This document shows, one piece after another, positions 37,157-39,535 of a stretch of 39,535 nucleotides of DNA. The notes under the pieces are model-generated. The model had not been told where the DNA came from, did not search any database, and saw only the letters and a list, made by a program, of their open reading frames with translations. This stretch comes from a bacterium. GTDB lineage: Bacteria; Zhuqueibacterota; Zhuqueibacteria; Oceanimicrobiales; Oceanimicrobiaceae. Location: contig JBHHYI010000016.1 in NCBI GenBank assembly GCA_046757525.1, forward strand, positions 1 through 39,535, written 5' to 3'. A program made the translations under genes and the position numbers. Each line of letters starts with the position of its first letter. Position 1 is the first letter of the stretch.

Positions 37157-38611
37157 ATGCTGAATGAAAATCTCCTCATCGACGGCAAGCGCGTGGCAGC
37201 GCGTTCGGGCAAAACCAGGATCCTGAGCAACCCGGCCACTGGAGAACCGCTGGCTGAAGTGGCCGAGGGCGGTCCCGAAGATATCGACGCGGCGGTGGTG
37301 AGTGCGCAGCGGGCATTTCAAGAAGGCCCGTGGCGGCGCCTGAGCAGCCGCGAACGCACCCGCCTGCTTTTGCGTCTGGCCCAGGGCCTTCGGGACCAGG
37401 CCGAAGAATTGGCGCGCTTAGAAAGTCAGAATGTGGGCAAACCCATCCGCGAATCCCGCGATGAAGTGGCTCTGGCCGCCGACTGCTTTGAGTACTACGC
37501 TGGCGCCATCAACAAAGTGGGCGGGCAGACCATTCCGGTAGCCGCTGCGGGTGTCAGTCTGACTTTCCGGGAACCGCTGGGCGTGTGCGGATTGATTGTG
37601 CCATGGAATTTCCCCATCGCCATCACCTCCTGGAAAGTGGCCCCGGCTTTGGCCATGGGCAATACGGTGGTAGTCAAACCGGCCACGCAGACGCCGCTCA
37701 CGGCCTTGCGCCTGGGCGACCTGGCCTTAGCAGCGGGCATTCCAGCCGGCGTACTAAACGTGGTTCCTGGCCCGGGTAGCAGCGCTGGTGAAGCCCTCGT
37801 GCGCCACCAACAAGTGCGAAAAATCTCTTTTACCGGATCCACCGAAGTCGGCACAAGGGTCATGAAACTGGCCGCCGAGGACATCAAGAGGGTAACCTTA
37901 GAGCTGGGCGGCAAGTCGGCCAATCTCGTCTTTGCCGATGCCGATTTGGAGCGCGCCCTGCCAGCGACCGTGTGGAGCGTGCTCGGCAATGCCGGCCAGG
38001 ACTGCTGTGCCCGCAGCCGCCTGCTCATCCAGAGTTCCATTTACGACCATTTCATCGAACAACTGACCGGACTTTTCCAGCAAGTCCGTCTGGGCCCTCC
38101 CCTGGACGAACAGACCGAAATGGGGTCTTTGATCTCCAAAGAACATCGAAAAAACGTGCAAGAATATCTGGAAATAGGTATCCGGGAGGGGGCAACCGTG
38201 GCCTGTGGTGGTCAAATCCCTGGCGACAAACCGCTACAACGAGGGGCTTACCTCTCCCCTGCCCTGTTTACGGACGTACACCCGGATATGCGCATTGTTA
38301 GGGAAGAAATCTTCGGACCCGTGCTCTGCGCCATGCCCTTTGATTCCGAAGAAGATGCCGTCAGAATCGCTAACGACAGCCCCTACGGCCTCTCCGGTTC
38401 CATCTGGACGCAAGACATCGAACGCGCTCTGCGAGTCGCGCGAGCCGTGGAGACCGGCGTGCTTTCGGTCAACACCGGACACAGCGTGCACCTGGAAGCG
38501 CCTTTTGGTGGCGTGAAACAAAGCGGCTTGGGTCGCGAGTTGGGCCTGGCGGTGCTGGAGCATTACAGCGAATGGAAGAGCGTGTTTATTCATACGGGTG
38601 GCCGCGCATGA
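37157..38611 (+). CDS. NAD(P)-dependent aldehyde dehydrogenase
   Basis: PWNFP, FTGST, LELGGKS, NAGQDCCA, EEIFGPV, PFGGVKQSG.GRE. Confidence 0.96.
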   Translation: MLNENLLIDGKRVAARSGKTRILSNPATGEPLAEVAEGGPEDIDAAVVSAQRAFQEGPWRRLSSRERTRLLLRLAQGLRDQAEELARLESQNVGKPIRESRDEVALAADCFEYYAGAINKVGGQTIPVAAAGVSLTFREPLGVCGLIVPWNFPIAITSWKVAPALAMGNTVVVKPATQTPLTALRLGDLALAAGIPAGVLNVVPGPGSSAGEALVRHQQVRKISFTGSTEVGTRVMKLAAEDIKRVTLELGGKSANLVFADADLERALPATVWSVLGNAGQDCCARSRLLIQSSIYDHFIEQLTGLFQQVRLGPPLDEQTEMGSLISKEHRKNVQEYLEIGIREGATVACGGQIPGDKPLQRGAYLSPALFTDVHPDMRIVREEIFGPVLCAMPFDSEEDAVRIANDSPYGLSGSIWTQDIERALRVARAVETGVLSVNTGHSVHLEAPFGGVKQSGLGRELGLAVLEHYSEWKSVFIHTGGRA

Positions 38612-38698
38612 GAGCGTTCTGCTAAGTGGCTTGTCAGTTCATTGTGTTGAATCTGTCGTTCTAACAAGGCTATTGTAAGAACTTGGGTGCGACGATTC

Positions 38699-38800
38699 AA
38701 CCTTTGAAAGGTTTTCAAAACAATATGACGTGAGACTCAAAAAACACATTTTGGACCACTCCGAAAGGCTGCTTGTTCATGAATGAACCTTTCAAAGGTT
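38699..38800. repeat. Pair of short palindromes AACCTTTGAAAGGTT / AACCTTTCAAAGGTT
   Basis: 15-bp reverse-complement pair at 38699 and 38786; REP-like. Confidence 0.5.
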
Positions 38801-38825
38801 TTTTTGCAATAGTTTTGGTTCTAAA

Positions 38826-39530
38826 ATGAACCGTAATGCTGATAAAGACGGCACAGAGCTGAAAAAAGAAGCCGTCTTCGGACTTGCCTATTTTCTCGGC
38901 TATTTGGGCTACTTATTTGTCAACCAGGAAAGCGAATCGATGCATTGGCTAACGTTGGTCATTGTCCCTTTGATATTGGTTTCGGTACGCCAAAGGAAGA
39001 AGCTAACGCTATCGTCCGTCCAGGCCAGTTTAGCCACCGTGGGTTTGCAACGCGACAATCTGAAGACCGGGATTGTTTGGGCGATTCTGTTGGGCCTGGC
39101 ACTCAGTGTTTTGCAATTGTTCTTGTCGAGAAGTAGCGACAAAATCTGGCAGTTGATAGTGTCAGGCAAAGCCATGGTGCTCTTTCCTCTTGTCCTGGTC
39201 TTAATGCTTTTGACCGCTGGGTTTACGGAGGAGTTTTTCTTTCGCGGCATCTTGCAAACAAGGCTTGCAAAACTATTGCACTCAACCTTCTGGGCTGTCG
39301 TAGTAACTTCTGTCTTGTTTGGTGTTTATCATTTGCCGTATGCCTATTTGAACCCGAACTGGCCTTCCCAGCACGATTGGGAAGCAGCATTTTCTGCGGC
39401 GCTGGGCCAGGGGATCCCGGCGGGGCTAATCTTTGGTTTTATATATGCCCGCACACGGAATAATTTAGTGGCTTGCATCGTCGTCCATTCCCTCAACAAT
39501 GTGTTGCCGGCAATGACCATGGTCAAATGA
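38826..39530 (+). CDS. CPBP (CAAX protease/Abi) intramembrane metalloprotease
   Basis: EEFFFRG, FGVYH, HSLNN; multiple TMs. Confidence 0.92.
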   Translation: MNRNADKDGTELKKEAVFGLAYFLGYLGYLFVNQESESMHWLTLVIVPLILVSVRQRKKLTLSSVQASLATVGLQRDNLKTGIVWAILLGLALSVLQLFLSRSSDKIWQLIVSGKAMVLFPLVLVLMLLTAGFTEEFFFRGILQTRLAKLLHSTFWAVVVTSVLFGVYHLPYAYLNPNWPSQHDWEAAFSAALGQGIPAGLIFGFIYARTRNNLVACIVVHSLNNVLPAMTMVK

Positions 39531-39535
39531 AAGGA

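Overview
Bacterial chromosomal window. The FlgD-Ig/'Por-type' C-terminal tails and gene style suggest an FCB-group lineage such as KSB1 or Calditrichota (inference only). Bases 0.3-11.4 kb hold a T2SS/T4P-hybrid cluster (gspG-H-I, receiver protein, gspJ-K, pilM/N-like fusion, pilO-like, gspC-like, secretin; no gspE/F in the window). It is led by a secreted protein with two near-identical CBM60-like domains and interrupted or flanked by three copies of a modular palindromic non-coding element. Next come a penicillin acylase with a membrane partner, VWA and lipoprotein genes, and a Ser/Thr kinase-sigma54 activator module with a candidate target promoter. The rest comprises ddl, YbjQ, a NatAB-like ABC exporter, a catalytically degenerate S9 peptidase with a 338-bp exact duplication around a TA pair, several TA modules and gene remnants, an AAA_14/DUF4143 ATPase, a SLOG + multi-TM gene pair (candidate defence system), an aldehyde dehydrogenase and a CPBP protease. 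No rRNA, tRNA, CRISPR array, transposase or integrase was seen. Family names are from motif recognition, not database searches.
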